Source: a virus
Taxonomy: Duplodnaviria > Caudoviricetes
Length of the DNA: 64,000 nt
IMG/VR virus record: IMGVR_UViG_3300027759_000043
Strand: one strand, 5' to 3'
The notes below the pieces were generated by a model. That model was given only the letters and a program-made list of their open reading frames with translations. It was not told the origin of the DNA and did not search any database. The position numbers were made by a program, and so were the translations under genes. Each line of letters begins with the position of its first letter. Position 1 is the first letter of the stretch. Shown here one piece after another: positions 57,701-64,000 of this stretch.

Positions 57701-58912
57701 TCAGTAACAGGCAACACTAACTATGTGGGATTTGTCAAAGACAATTTGAATTCGGCACCTAGTATTGTTACCGCCAATACCGCAATGGTCGAAGCCACTG
57801 CAGGAACCTACAGATACATTTCGGGTATTCCTTACTACAACACAGGATCGCCCACAATTACCATTGCCAATTTGGAAGTGGCAAACTTGTCTGGACAGAC
57901 ATTTAGAAGTGCTGATCCTTTTATTTTAGCCAGTGGAACAGTGTCAGAAGGATCAGGAGCATTGGTATCTGCAACACAAACCAAAGCACTCAGCACAATC
58001 AACAATGCCGCCAACAGTTTTTTAACAGGTTCAAACTTGAATGCCAATGTGGGCATTGGTTCAAATTACACACTTGGCAACATGACCGCCAACTTAACAG
58101 GTGCCAACAACGTAGTGGCTACGTTGCAGGCCAACATATTCAACGTGATAGGAACCAGTACCACAGTGCAATTGCCTGCTAACATACAGATGTATGCTGG
58201 TGCAAACTCTGGCATAAACGAACAGTCAATCACTTGCACACCCACTGCCAACACACAAGCAGCCATACGTATTGTGATGAGTACCGCAGGCAATACTCCT
58301 GTGTTTGCCAACAGCATAAACTACTATACATCTAATGCTTGGTCTGGAGCACAAACCATTGCTAACACGCCTGAAGCAGTTGTGCGGTATGGGGTACTCC
58401 AACGATATGCAGTTGATTTGTCAACAGGATATTTGCCAGTAGGACCAAACTTGTCAATTGGTGGAAATCGCACCACCACACAGTACTTTACTTTTGCGTT
58501 TGCAAGACCAAGTTTAGCAAACTTTGACATCAGACTGACCACAACCACAGGTGTTGCAGGTGTTTGGGTGGCAGCACCAGGAACCACAATTGATTCCGGC
58601 GGATTCTCATCGCCCACACCGGGATTCCCAGGCCCTACTAGTACCATTAACGGATGGCTGGAAGCATCTACACAGTATGCCGGAGCAGGGGTTCCTGGTG
58701 CTGCCAGCGGTACTGGTGGCAACGGTTCAAACGGATGTGCATTAACCGGTGCGGATGTGATACCGTTAAATACAGCAATAGCCAACGTAGGATACACAAT
58801 GACCTTGGGAGGACAAAACGCTGCCAATAGTACTGGGACTAACATTTTAATTAGAATTGCATTGGCTTCTGGACAGTCCATTACAGCCTTGTCGATAGGA
58901 GTAGCAACTTAA
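51770..58912 (+). CDS. Long tail fibre-like protein (2380 aa) with G/N/T repeats and PKD-like domains
   Basis: N-terminal IDIGAYPDDGQGSPLRTAF anchor motif, many (A/S)TGN(I/V)TGGN repeats, and W.FGDG / WGD PKD-like motifs in the distal half. Confidence 0.75.
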   Translation: MTQYIIDIGAYPDDGQGSPLRTAFDYTNENFNQIFAAGPVLSNIQIGNNTITTTVLNSNLILSPSGIGRVQFNNTLFPRLDNVYDIGTPSLRFNSIYLGTGGINTTGGITTTGNITAGYFIGNGSQLTGIVATTGSQVTNGNSNINIPAAGSNIFVTVNGTSNVVTFANTGAYVAGTVSATGNIAGNYILGNGALLTGINIGYGNSNVADFLPTYTGNLVSLTGPVTTTANVTGGNLRTAGQISATGNITGGNINTGRLNAGYITTGTTISAVGNIATSSYFIGDGSLLTGINANYGNANVAAFLPTYTGNLVSLTGPVTTTANVTGGNLRTSGTILASGNITAANLDTGRVNAANITASGLISAVANITTSAYFIGDGSQLTNLPAGNYSNANVAAFLPTYTGNLVSLTGPVTTTSNITGGNLRTAGQISATGNITGGNVDTGRVNANTVTVASTISAAGNITGNNLIGTTVTATTVTAIANIVGGNITTSGQVSATGNIQGGNVNAPGGTITSNIVSATGKVQGGNFVTTGFITATGNITGGNVDTGNIHAANINVDSIISAVGNVYGNNLIGSSISVTGNLSAGNVSISGTFGAASLSATGNITGGNLLTAGNVLGSYFIGNGSQLTGITVSAGTSILNGNSNVVVAANGNVTISSAGVSNIASFANTGAYIIGEVSATGNVTGSYLLGNGAFITGLPAGYSNADVANYLPTYTGNLVSLTGPVITTANISGNYFVGNGSLLTGVSASDVNANALTGNTLSSNVLYSSLTQVGNLANLSVTGNATGGNVLTGGVISATGNVTGNYILGNGALLTGVITSVANINNGTSNVTVVSSGGNVTVGVGGTSNVAVFATTGEYITGLLSASGNITGSNILTSGLISSTGTVTGSSLLGSVASLSGNITGGNVLTGGVVSATGNISGNYFIGNGSQLTGVTASSVNANALTGNTLSSNVLYSSLTQVGTLANLTVTGNTTGGNLLTGGLISAAGNISGNNVFATGFASVTGNVIAGNVNTSNIRPTSGELTITTASGNLNLQPAGNIVLANTFINSVAYPAQDTDAATKLYVDNMVSSALSFHSPVYAATTTTLAVATSGTISYTQPNGVSNGVGAYLSTTGSFNLIDTANVQTAGTRILVKNEGNAVYNGVYTWSNATVIVRSTDADEYGPDSANQLSLNDYFFTTNGNVNAGSAFVVNAPTGTITFGTSNITFALFSQTTAYTANVDAGLSLIGTQFNAKVDNNTTAFDVTGNIIVKAGANLTTPNIGAATGTSLSLIGNINSGNVNTSGLVSATGNVTGGNVLTSGLLSATGNATLGNVLTAGVVSATGNISGNFFIGNGSQLTGVIASGGQGNTITLGTPTDGSLTVNVAYPGWTTATFVTDGLDDLNQVSLNIANSTYVGNAYITANVYSGPSPLTVAFTSYYIGNPNSFLWQFGDGTANVTTANATHTFSNASGGTYTVTFTAFNTNGTYNGNAANGAKGSTSTANISNIVLYTPSPIPSFTLSSNSFNTGNTITITNTSQYVTWYDLSFGDGTANFTAGPGLGNTSFTNVTHQYNSVSANADSLYSVILSGTSNTAGPSNVTVVSSASNVKVYSPQTGNVFVTANRANVINGLGGISFRNDSNGTPGNTASFGAQQLYNFNYGDGNVGNVNVGTGIAGNPSAANVTNTFALSAANQAANAYQQFTANLFLYTGYSTSPAKSGNITITVEPQTRANYIGTTANVITDATANTGNARVGYLYTDYNNSNRSTFTFQNTSQNSNLANWSWGDSTFSNGVSNVANTLHTYNSTGAFTVALTANGTPNGITSTAQSNTLTTTGYIFIASNPTAPTNLSGFSNLAIANTSEGTSPLLAAGARDASGGNIVANGVSVTRFATTTTIATAANIINANTGISSSQLTANLFAYVNNANAGNVTFSNVSNTVGTSGALVVTQDRDLHVANAAVPSYFYKVFNANIACALSSLGTGYNNYKLVDSVTGNTNYVGFVKDNLNSAPSIVTANTAMVEATAGTYRYISGIPYYNTGSPTITIANLEVANLSGQTFRSADPFILASGTVSEGSGALVSATQTKALSTINNAANSFLTGSNLNANVGIGSNYTLGNMTANLTGANNVVATLQANIFNVIGTSTTVQLPANIQMYAGANSGINEQSITCTPTANTQAAIRIVMSTAGNTPVFANSINYYTSNAWSGAQTIANTPEAVVRYGVLQRYAVDLSTGYLPVGPNLSIGGNRTTTQYFTFAFARPSLANFDIRLTTTTGVAGVWVAAPGTTIDSGGFSSPTPGFPGPTSTINGWLEASTQYAGAGVPGAASGTGGNGSNGCALTGADVIPLNTAIANVGYTMTLGGQNAANSTGTNILIRIALASGQSITALSIGVAT
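52388..53960 (+). repeat. Four dispersed ~70-bp coding repeats (NVAxFLPTYTGNLVSLTGPVTTT)
   Basis: Copies at about 52388, 52665, 52946 and 53890; copies 2 and 3 are near-identical at DNA level. Confidence 0.85.
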
Positions 58913-60390
58913 TGGCCGCCTCGTTTAACGAATCACAAAAGATTGATTATCTTTGGAAAAAGGTCGGCTATGGCGTGACCAAAACAGCCGAGCCTGAATC
59001 CAAGCAAGCCTTCAACGAAACCATACCCAGTCCACTGCTGTATCGTGGCGATCTCATTTGGACACAGAGTGGAAGCATACCTGCTTCGCCTCCGGCTAAT
59101 ACCACATCATTGGTACAGGTATACAAAGATGGTGGCGGCGCTGGATACAGTCCTGCTGTACAATGTACCGAAGACCTAACAGCACCTGACAATCAAACCT
59201 GGAAGACAAACTCAATCAACTGGATTCCTACACAGTTTGGCGACAACTACCTGGTACAAGTGTATGCTGGTGCCGCAAACATAAGCAATCCTCAGACAGC
59301 AGGTACCAAGTTATTTGGTGCCGGTTCTGGCAGCGATGACACCTGGTTCTTTGATTACCAGTCTGGTGTTCTAAACTTTAATGGCGCAACCATACCAACT
59401 GCTATTGGTACAGGAACAGCCAACGTAATTTATATTGTGGGTTACAGATACGTTGGTGAGTTTGGAGTAGACACCACATTCATCAGCAATGGCACAAGTA
59501 ATGTGAACATCGCCACCGCCAATGGCAATATTACCATGGGTGTGAACGGCACAGGCAATGTGATAGTTGTGGCCAACACAGGTGCATACATTACCGGGGC
59601 GATGAGTGCCAGTGGTAACATCACTGGTGGCAACATACTTTCAAACAATTACTATTACGCCAATGGCACACCAGTTCCTCCGGGCATTGTATACACAGCC
59701 AATACCGCACCTCCTGTGAGTCCAGCACCCAAAGTAACTGATCAGTGGTATGATACCGCCAATGATGTTCTATACGAATACCTTTATGATGGCACAAGTA
59801 ATTACTGGATCGATACTACCAGTCCTGCCTTTGCCGGCGGAGTGGTCGCCAATGTGGCAATTTCTGGTACATTGTTGCCAGTTGCCAATGTCAGTTATGA
59901 TGTGGGAAATAGCACTGCATATTTCCGCAACACCTACACACAAAATCTCTACACCAACAACAGACTGCCTGCATACAACATGCCTTTGGGCGCTGTGGTG
60001 CAAACGGTAATGAGTTCAAGTCTGGGTGGTAGTACAACTAACAGTACATCTTATGCTGATATCAGTTATGCCAACGTGATAATTACACCATCTAGTGCAA
60101 CCAGTAAAATTCTTGTTATAGCCACAGGCACAAGTGGTTTCACTTCGGTAGTAGGACAAGACATTAGTGCTGACACTCAGTTAGTTAGATCACCTAGCAC
60201 CAGTTTACAGATACAAACAGTTGGCGCAACAGGGGTTGGCGCAACAGGGGCGGTGAGTTACAGTTATATGGATTCACCAGGAACCACAAGTCCTGTGACC
60301 TACAAACTACAGCAAAAGGTATCTAACGCCAGCAGTACACTGACCAGCACAAATATTTGGTTGATAGTGCAGGAGATTGCCGCATCATGA
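58912..60390 (+). CDS. Virion structural/fibre-associated protein (492 aa)
   Basis: Translationally coupled (TAATG) to the fibre gene. WFFDYQSGVLNF motif and a C-terminal beta-sandwich-like tip (SKILVIA...Y.DSPGTTS.VTYKLQ). Confidence 0.65.
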   Translation: MAASFNESQKIDYLWKKVGYGVTKTAEPESKQAFNETIPSPLLYRGDLIWTQSGSIPASPPANTTSLVQVYKDGGGAGYSPAVQCTEDLTAPDNQTWKTNSINWIPTQFGDNYLVQVYAGAANISNPQTAGTKLFGAGSGSDDTWFFDYQSGVLNFNGATIPTAIGTGTANVIYIVGYRYVGEFGVDTTFISNGTSNVNIATANGNITMGVNGTGNVIVVANTGAYITGAMSASGNITGGNILSNNYYYANGTPVPPGIVYTANTAPPVSPAPKVTDQWYDTANDVLYEYLYDGTSNYWIDTTSPAFAGGVVANVAISGTLLPVANVSYDVGNSTAYFRNTYTQNLYTNNRLPAYNMPLGAVVQTVMSSSLGGSTTNSTSYADISYANVIITPSSATSKILVIATGTSGFTSVVGQDISADTQLVRSPSTSLQIQTVGATGVGATGAVSYSYMDSPGTTSPVTYKLQQKVSNASSTLTSTNIWLIVQEIAAS

Positions 60391-61055
60391 TAACTGTATT
60401 TCATGCTATCCAAAGTTTGGTGCCCGGCGCAGAAGTCAGCGTGGGCATATACAATCAAGAAATAGTTTGGCACAACCCTGAAGTCGCTCCGGTGACCATA
60501 GAGCAAATACAGGCAGAACAACAGCGTTTGCAACAGGCCTATGACTGGAATGAATATCAAAGAAATCGTGCTAGAGAATATCCTAGTATCCAGGAACAAT
60601 TGGATGCGCTATACCATGCTGGGGTATTTCCAGCAGAGATGGCCGCCAGAATACGGGCAGTAAAGCAAAAATACCCACGATATTCTCCGAACCATGCACA
60701 AACTGCAGAGCAGTCGGCGCCAACAATGTCAGTTGAGCAGTGGTTGGCAGAAGAAGCAACAACAAAGATGACTGCAGAACAGTGGTTAGCACAACAACAG
60801 TCAGTAACGCCAATGACACGAGAAGAATGGTTAGCATCGCAAGTTGAAGTCAAAACTGTGCCCATTGCAACACCAACAAATATGGTCACGGTCACTCGTA
60901 CCATGACCGCAGAAGAGTGGTTGAGAGAGCAAGCATCTTTGGAAAGTGTTCAAAAGATGACCAGAGAACAGTGGTTAGAACAGCAAAAAACCGCAGTACA
61001 ACCGCCGCAAATGACCCGAGAGCAGTGGTTAGCAGAGCAAACAAAAATAAAATAA
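60387..61055 (+). CDS. Fibre assembly chaperone-like protein with six MTxE(Q/E)WL repeats
   Basis: Start MITVF at 60387 (222 aa). YQRNRAREYPSIQEQLDALYH chaperone-like motif followed by the repeats. Confidence 0.65.
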   Translation: MITVFHAIQSLVPGAEVSVGIYNQEIVWHNPEVAPVTIEQIQAEQQRLQQAYDWNEYQRNRAREYPSIQEQLDALYHAGVFPAEMAARIRAVKQKYPRYSPNHAQTAEQSAPTMSVEQWLAEEATTKMTAEQWLAQQQSVTPMTREEWLASQVEVKTVPIATPTNMVTVTRTMTAEEWLREQASLESVQKMTREQWLEQQKTAVQPPQMTREQWLAEQTKIK

Positions 61056-61123
61056 TTAACAAATGTGTCAAAGTAAAATTTTCAGTTTGACATAAGTAAC
61101 AGTATAGCAGGAGAAATTTTTAT

Positions 61124-64000
61124 ATGTCATTCCCAGTATCGCCCACAAATGGACAAGTAACCGTAGTAAACCAGGTATCATACCAGTATTCTAGTGCAAC
61201 CAATTCATGGACTAGAATCTTATCCACTGCCAACGTTATCACAGCCAACACCATTGCTGTAAATGGTGCGCTCACAGTTGGTACCACAATCAGTGCAACC
61301 GGGAACATAAGCACCACCGGGTACTACTTTGGTAATGGTTCACAGTTAACCGGTGTTGCGGCTGCCAGTGCTGGTTTTCCGATCTCGGCTGGAACTTCAA
61401 ATATTGCAGCCGCTGCCAATAGTAACATTGCTATTACAGTGGGTGGAACTGCCAACGTGGCTGTATTTGCCACCACAGGCGAATATATCACCGGCGTATT
61501 AAGTGCAAACGGTACTGTTACTGGTGGTAATTTAGCAACAGGTGGCACAGCAAGTGCAGGCGGTAACGTAACCGGTGCTAACTTGTTGACAGGTGGATTA
61601 GTAAGTGCAGGCGGTACAGTAACTGGTACAACCCTGATTGGTTCAGTTGTCACAGCAAGTGGCAATGTAACTGGCGGTAACATCAACACAGGTGGATTGA
61701 TCTCTGCCACAAGCACAATCACAAGTTCAGCCAATATAACAGGTGGTAACTTATTAACTGCTGGTCTAGTATCAGCGACCGGTAACGTAACCGGTAACTA
61801 TATTTTAGGTAATGGTGCTTTCTTAAGTGGAGTCATTACTAGCGTTGCTAACATCAACAATGGCACATCAAATGTCAGTATCTATGCAGCCAATGCCAAC
61901 GTGGCAGTCAGTGTTGATGGCACATCAAACGTGGCAGTGTTTGCCACCACAGGCGAATATATCACCGGCGTATTAAGTGTAAGTGGGAACACTACAGGTG
62001 GTAACCTATTGACAGGTGGCTTGATTTCAGCAACCGGTACTGTTACCGGTTCAACTTTGATCGGCTCTGTTGTCACAGCAAGTGGTAATGTAACTGGTGG
62101 TAACGTCTTGACTGGTGGTTTGATATCTGCTACTTCTAACATCACAGGTGGCAACTTGTTGACTGGTGGTTCAGTAAGTGCCACTGCCAACGTAACCGGT
62201 GGAAATGTATTAACAGGCGGATTAATATCAGCCACATCAACAATTACCAGTGCTGCCAACATCACGGGTGGCAACGTATTAACAGGTGGTTTGATATCTG
62301 CCACAGCCAACATAACTGGCGGTAATATCTTAACCGCTGGAGCAGTAAGTGCTACTGGCAACGGTACTTTTGGTAACATCAGCACCTCGGGTTCGGGTGG
62401 CAACATCTCTGGCGCCAATGTAATTTCTAGCACCACACTCAGTGCCACAGCCAACGTAATCAGTGGTAACGTGACCACTGGTGGATTGATCACTGCTACA
62501 GGTAATGTCACTGGTGGCAACATCTTGACTGCAGGTCAAATAAGTGCTCTTGGTAATATTACTGCCAACACAGGTTCGTTCTTTATTGGCAATGGTTCGC
62601 AACTAACAGGTGTTACTGCTACCAGTGCTGGATTCCCAATTACCAGCGGAACTTCAAACATTGCGGCCCCAGTAGCCAATGGTAACATTGCTATCACAGT
62701 GGGTGGTTCCGCCAACATAGGAGTCTTTACTCAATCGGGTCTAGACGTAATTGGAAACATCAGTGCTAACGGTAATGTAACTGGTGGAAATGTCTTAACA
62801 GGTGGATTAGTAAGTGCCACTGCTACTGTCACTGGTGGCAACTTGGCCACAGGTGGTTTTGCAAGTGCTACAGGTAATGTAACCGGTGGCAACTTGCTCA
62901 CAGCAGGACTAATATCTGCAACATCAACCATCACAAGTTCAGCCAATATTACTGGTGGTAATGTATTAACAGGTGGCTTGATATCGGCTACAAGTACTAT
63001 TACAAGTGGTGCCAATATCACTGGCGCTAACCTATTAACAGGTGGCTTGATATCTGCAACTGCCACGGTCACAGGTGGCAACTTGGCCACAGGCGGTTTT
63101 GCAAGTGCTACTGGTAATGTAACCGGTGGCAACGTTAACACTGGTGGATTAGTTTCGGCAACTGGTAACGTAACAGGTGGTAACATTGCAACCTCGGGCG
63201 TGGTAACTGCCGCAGGTAATGTGTTTGGTAACAACATCTTTGCCACAACATCTTTCAGCACAGCAGGCAATGTAATTGCCGCTAACGTTAATACCAGTGC
63301 TATTCGCCCAACAACCGGTGCGTTGACAGTTAGCACCGCAACAGGCGATATAAACTTAAATCCTGCTGGTAACATTGTGTTGGCAGTAGGCAATACCTAC
63401 ATCAACAACTTGGCCCAGCCGGTACAAAATCAAGATGCGGCAACCAAACTTTATGTTGATAACATTGCCACAACTGGTATCACTTTCCACGAACCAGTAT
63501 ATGCAGCCACAACAACCACATTGGCCACAACCACAGGTGGTACAATTACGTATGCTCAACCCAATGGTGCTGCCAATGGTATTGGTGCAACGCTGACAAC
63601 TACCACGTCGTTCAACTTGATTGACACAGCCAACGTTCAAACAGTAGGCACACGTATCCTGGTTAAGGACCAAGCCAACGCTGTGCAAAACGGTGTATAT
63701 GTTTGGTCAAATGCCACTGTAATTACTCGTTCCACAGACACTGACCAATATGGTGCAAACAGCGCAGAAGAAATCAGTATCAACGACTATTTCTTTACCA
63801 CAAATGGTAATGTTAATGCTGGTACTGCATTTATTGTTAATGCCCCTCCAGGAACCATTACATTTGGTACTAGTAACATTTCATTTGCTGTGTTCAGCCA
63901 GAGTCCAGTTTACTCAGCCAACACAGCAGCCGGTCTAAGTCTAACTGGCACAGTATTTTCAGCCAAGACAGATGGCATCACAACCGCATTTGATGGCGGT
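61124..64000 (+). CDS. Second long fibre-like protein, partial (runs off the right edge)
   Basis: Not in the track because it has no stop in the window. ATG at 61124 after AGGAGA: MSFPVSPTNGQVTVVNQVSYQYSSATNSWTRI..., followed by repeated TGGN(V/L)LTGGLISAT units; the antisense shadow ORFs mirror these repeats. Confidence 0.85.
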   Translation, partial: MSFPVSPTNGQVTVVNQVSYQYSSATNSWTRILSTANVITANTIAVNGALTVGTTISATGNISTTGYYFGNGSQLTGVAAASAGFPISAGTSNIAAAANSNIAITVGGTANVAVFATTGEYITGVLSANGTVTGGNLATGGTASAGGNVTGANLLTGGLVSAGGTVTGTTLIGSVVTASGNVTGGNINTGGLISATSTITSSANITGGNLLTAGLVSATGNVTGNYILGNGAFLSGVITSVANINNGTSNVSIYAANANVAVSVDGTSNVAVFATTGEYITGVLSVSGNTTGGNLLTGGLISATGTVTGSTLIGSVVTASGNVTGGNVLTGGLISATSNITGGNLLTGGSVSATANVTGGNVLTGGLISATSTITSAANITGGNVLTGGLISATANITGGNILTAGAVSATGNGTFGNISTSGSGGNISGANVISSTTLSATANVISGNVTTGGLITATGNVTGGNILTAGQISALGNITANTGSFFIGNGSQLTGVTATSAGFPITSGTSNIAAPVANGNIAITVGGSANIGVFTQSGLDVIGNISANGNVTGGNVLTGGLVSATATVTGGNLATGGFASATGNVTGGNLLTAGLISATSTITSSANITGGNVLTGGLISATSTITSGANITGANLLTGGLISATATVTGGNLATGGFASATGNVTGGNVNTGGLVSATGNVTGGNIATSGVVTAAGNVFGNNIFATTSFSTAGNVIAANVNTSAIRPTTGALTVSTATGDINLNPAGNIVLAVGNTYINNLAQPVQNQDAATKLYVDNIATTGITFHEPVYAATTTTLATTTGGTITYAQPNGAANGIGATLTTTTSFNLIDTANVQTVGTRILVKDQANAVQNGVYVWSNATVITRSTDTDQYGANSAEEISINDYFFTTNGNVNAGTAFIVNAPPGTITFGTSNISFAVFSQSPVYSANTAAGLSLTGTVFSAKTDGITTAFDGG

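Noticed and set aside
61087-61110. TTGACA upstream of the last fibre gene as a sigma70 promoter
   Set aside because: No -10 box at 16-18 nt spacing; the overlapping ATAAGTA late-type variant is a better explanation.
51995-63938. Many 60-220 aa minus-strand ORFs (V/L/P/A-rich) over the fibre genes
   Set aside because: Antisense shadows of the repetitive G/N/T codons; no RBS or promoter, and fully nested in long + strand genes.
1-64000. Diversity-generating retroelement, invertase-based fibre switching, inteins, integrase or CRISPR array
   Set aside because: No reverse transcriptase, recombinase, intein splice motifs, adenine-specific TR/VR pair or repeat-spacer array was seen in this window.

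Overview
This window is a fragment of a large T4-like (gp23-type capsid) myovirus genome in the standard genetic code. Positions 1-29355 are a minus-strand baseplate/tail module: two glycosyltransferase-like genes, short fibre proteins, a 4153-aa virion protein, and gp6-, gp25-, gp5-, hub-, gp53- and gp54/48-like genes. Positions 29467-37104 are a plus-strand block with a gp55-like late sigma factor, gp47 and gp46 (separated by an AT-rich B12/radical-SAM cassette), a second radical SAM gene and a small GIY-YIG nuclease. A ~400-nt structured non-coding region follows, then minus-strand MTA/SAH nucleosidase, APRT and a gp26-like chaperone with a candidate -1 frameshift extension. From 39660 the plus strand carries a tape-measure/lysozyme gene, the head module (gp20, core, gp21, gp22, gp23), glycosyltransferase-like genes and very long Gly/Asn/Thr-rich fibre genes running off the right edge. 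An NTAAATA late-promoter motif precedes most structural genes. The best leads are (1) the GIY-YIG gene with its downstream structured RNA, (2) a lambda G/GT-like frameshift in the gp26-like chaperone, (3) a radical-SAM by-product salvage pair, and (4) a possible virion-glycosylation system. All protein assignments come from motif recognition and gene order by eye; no searches or folding programs were run.
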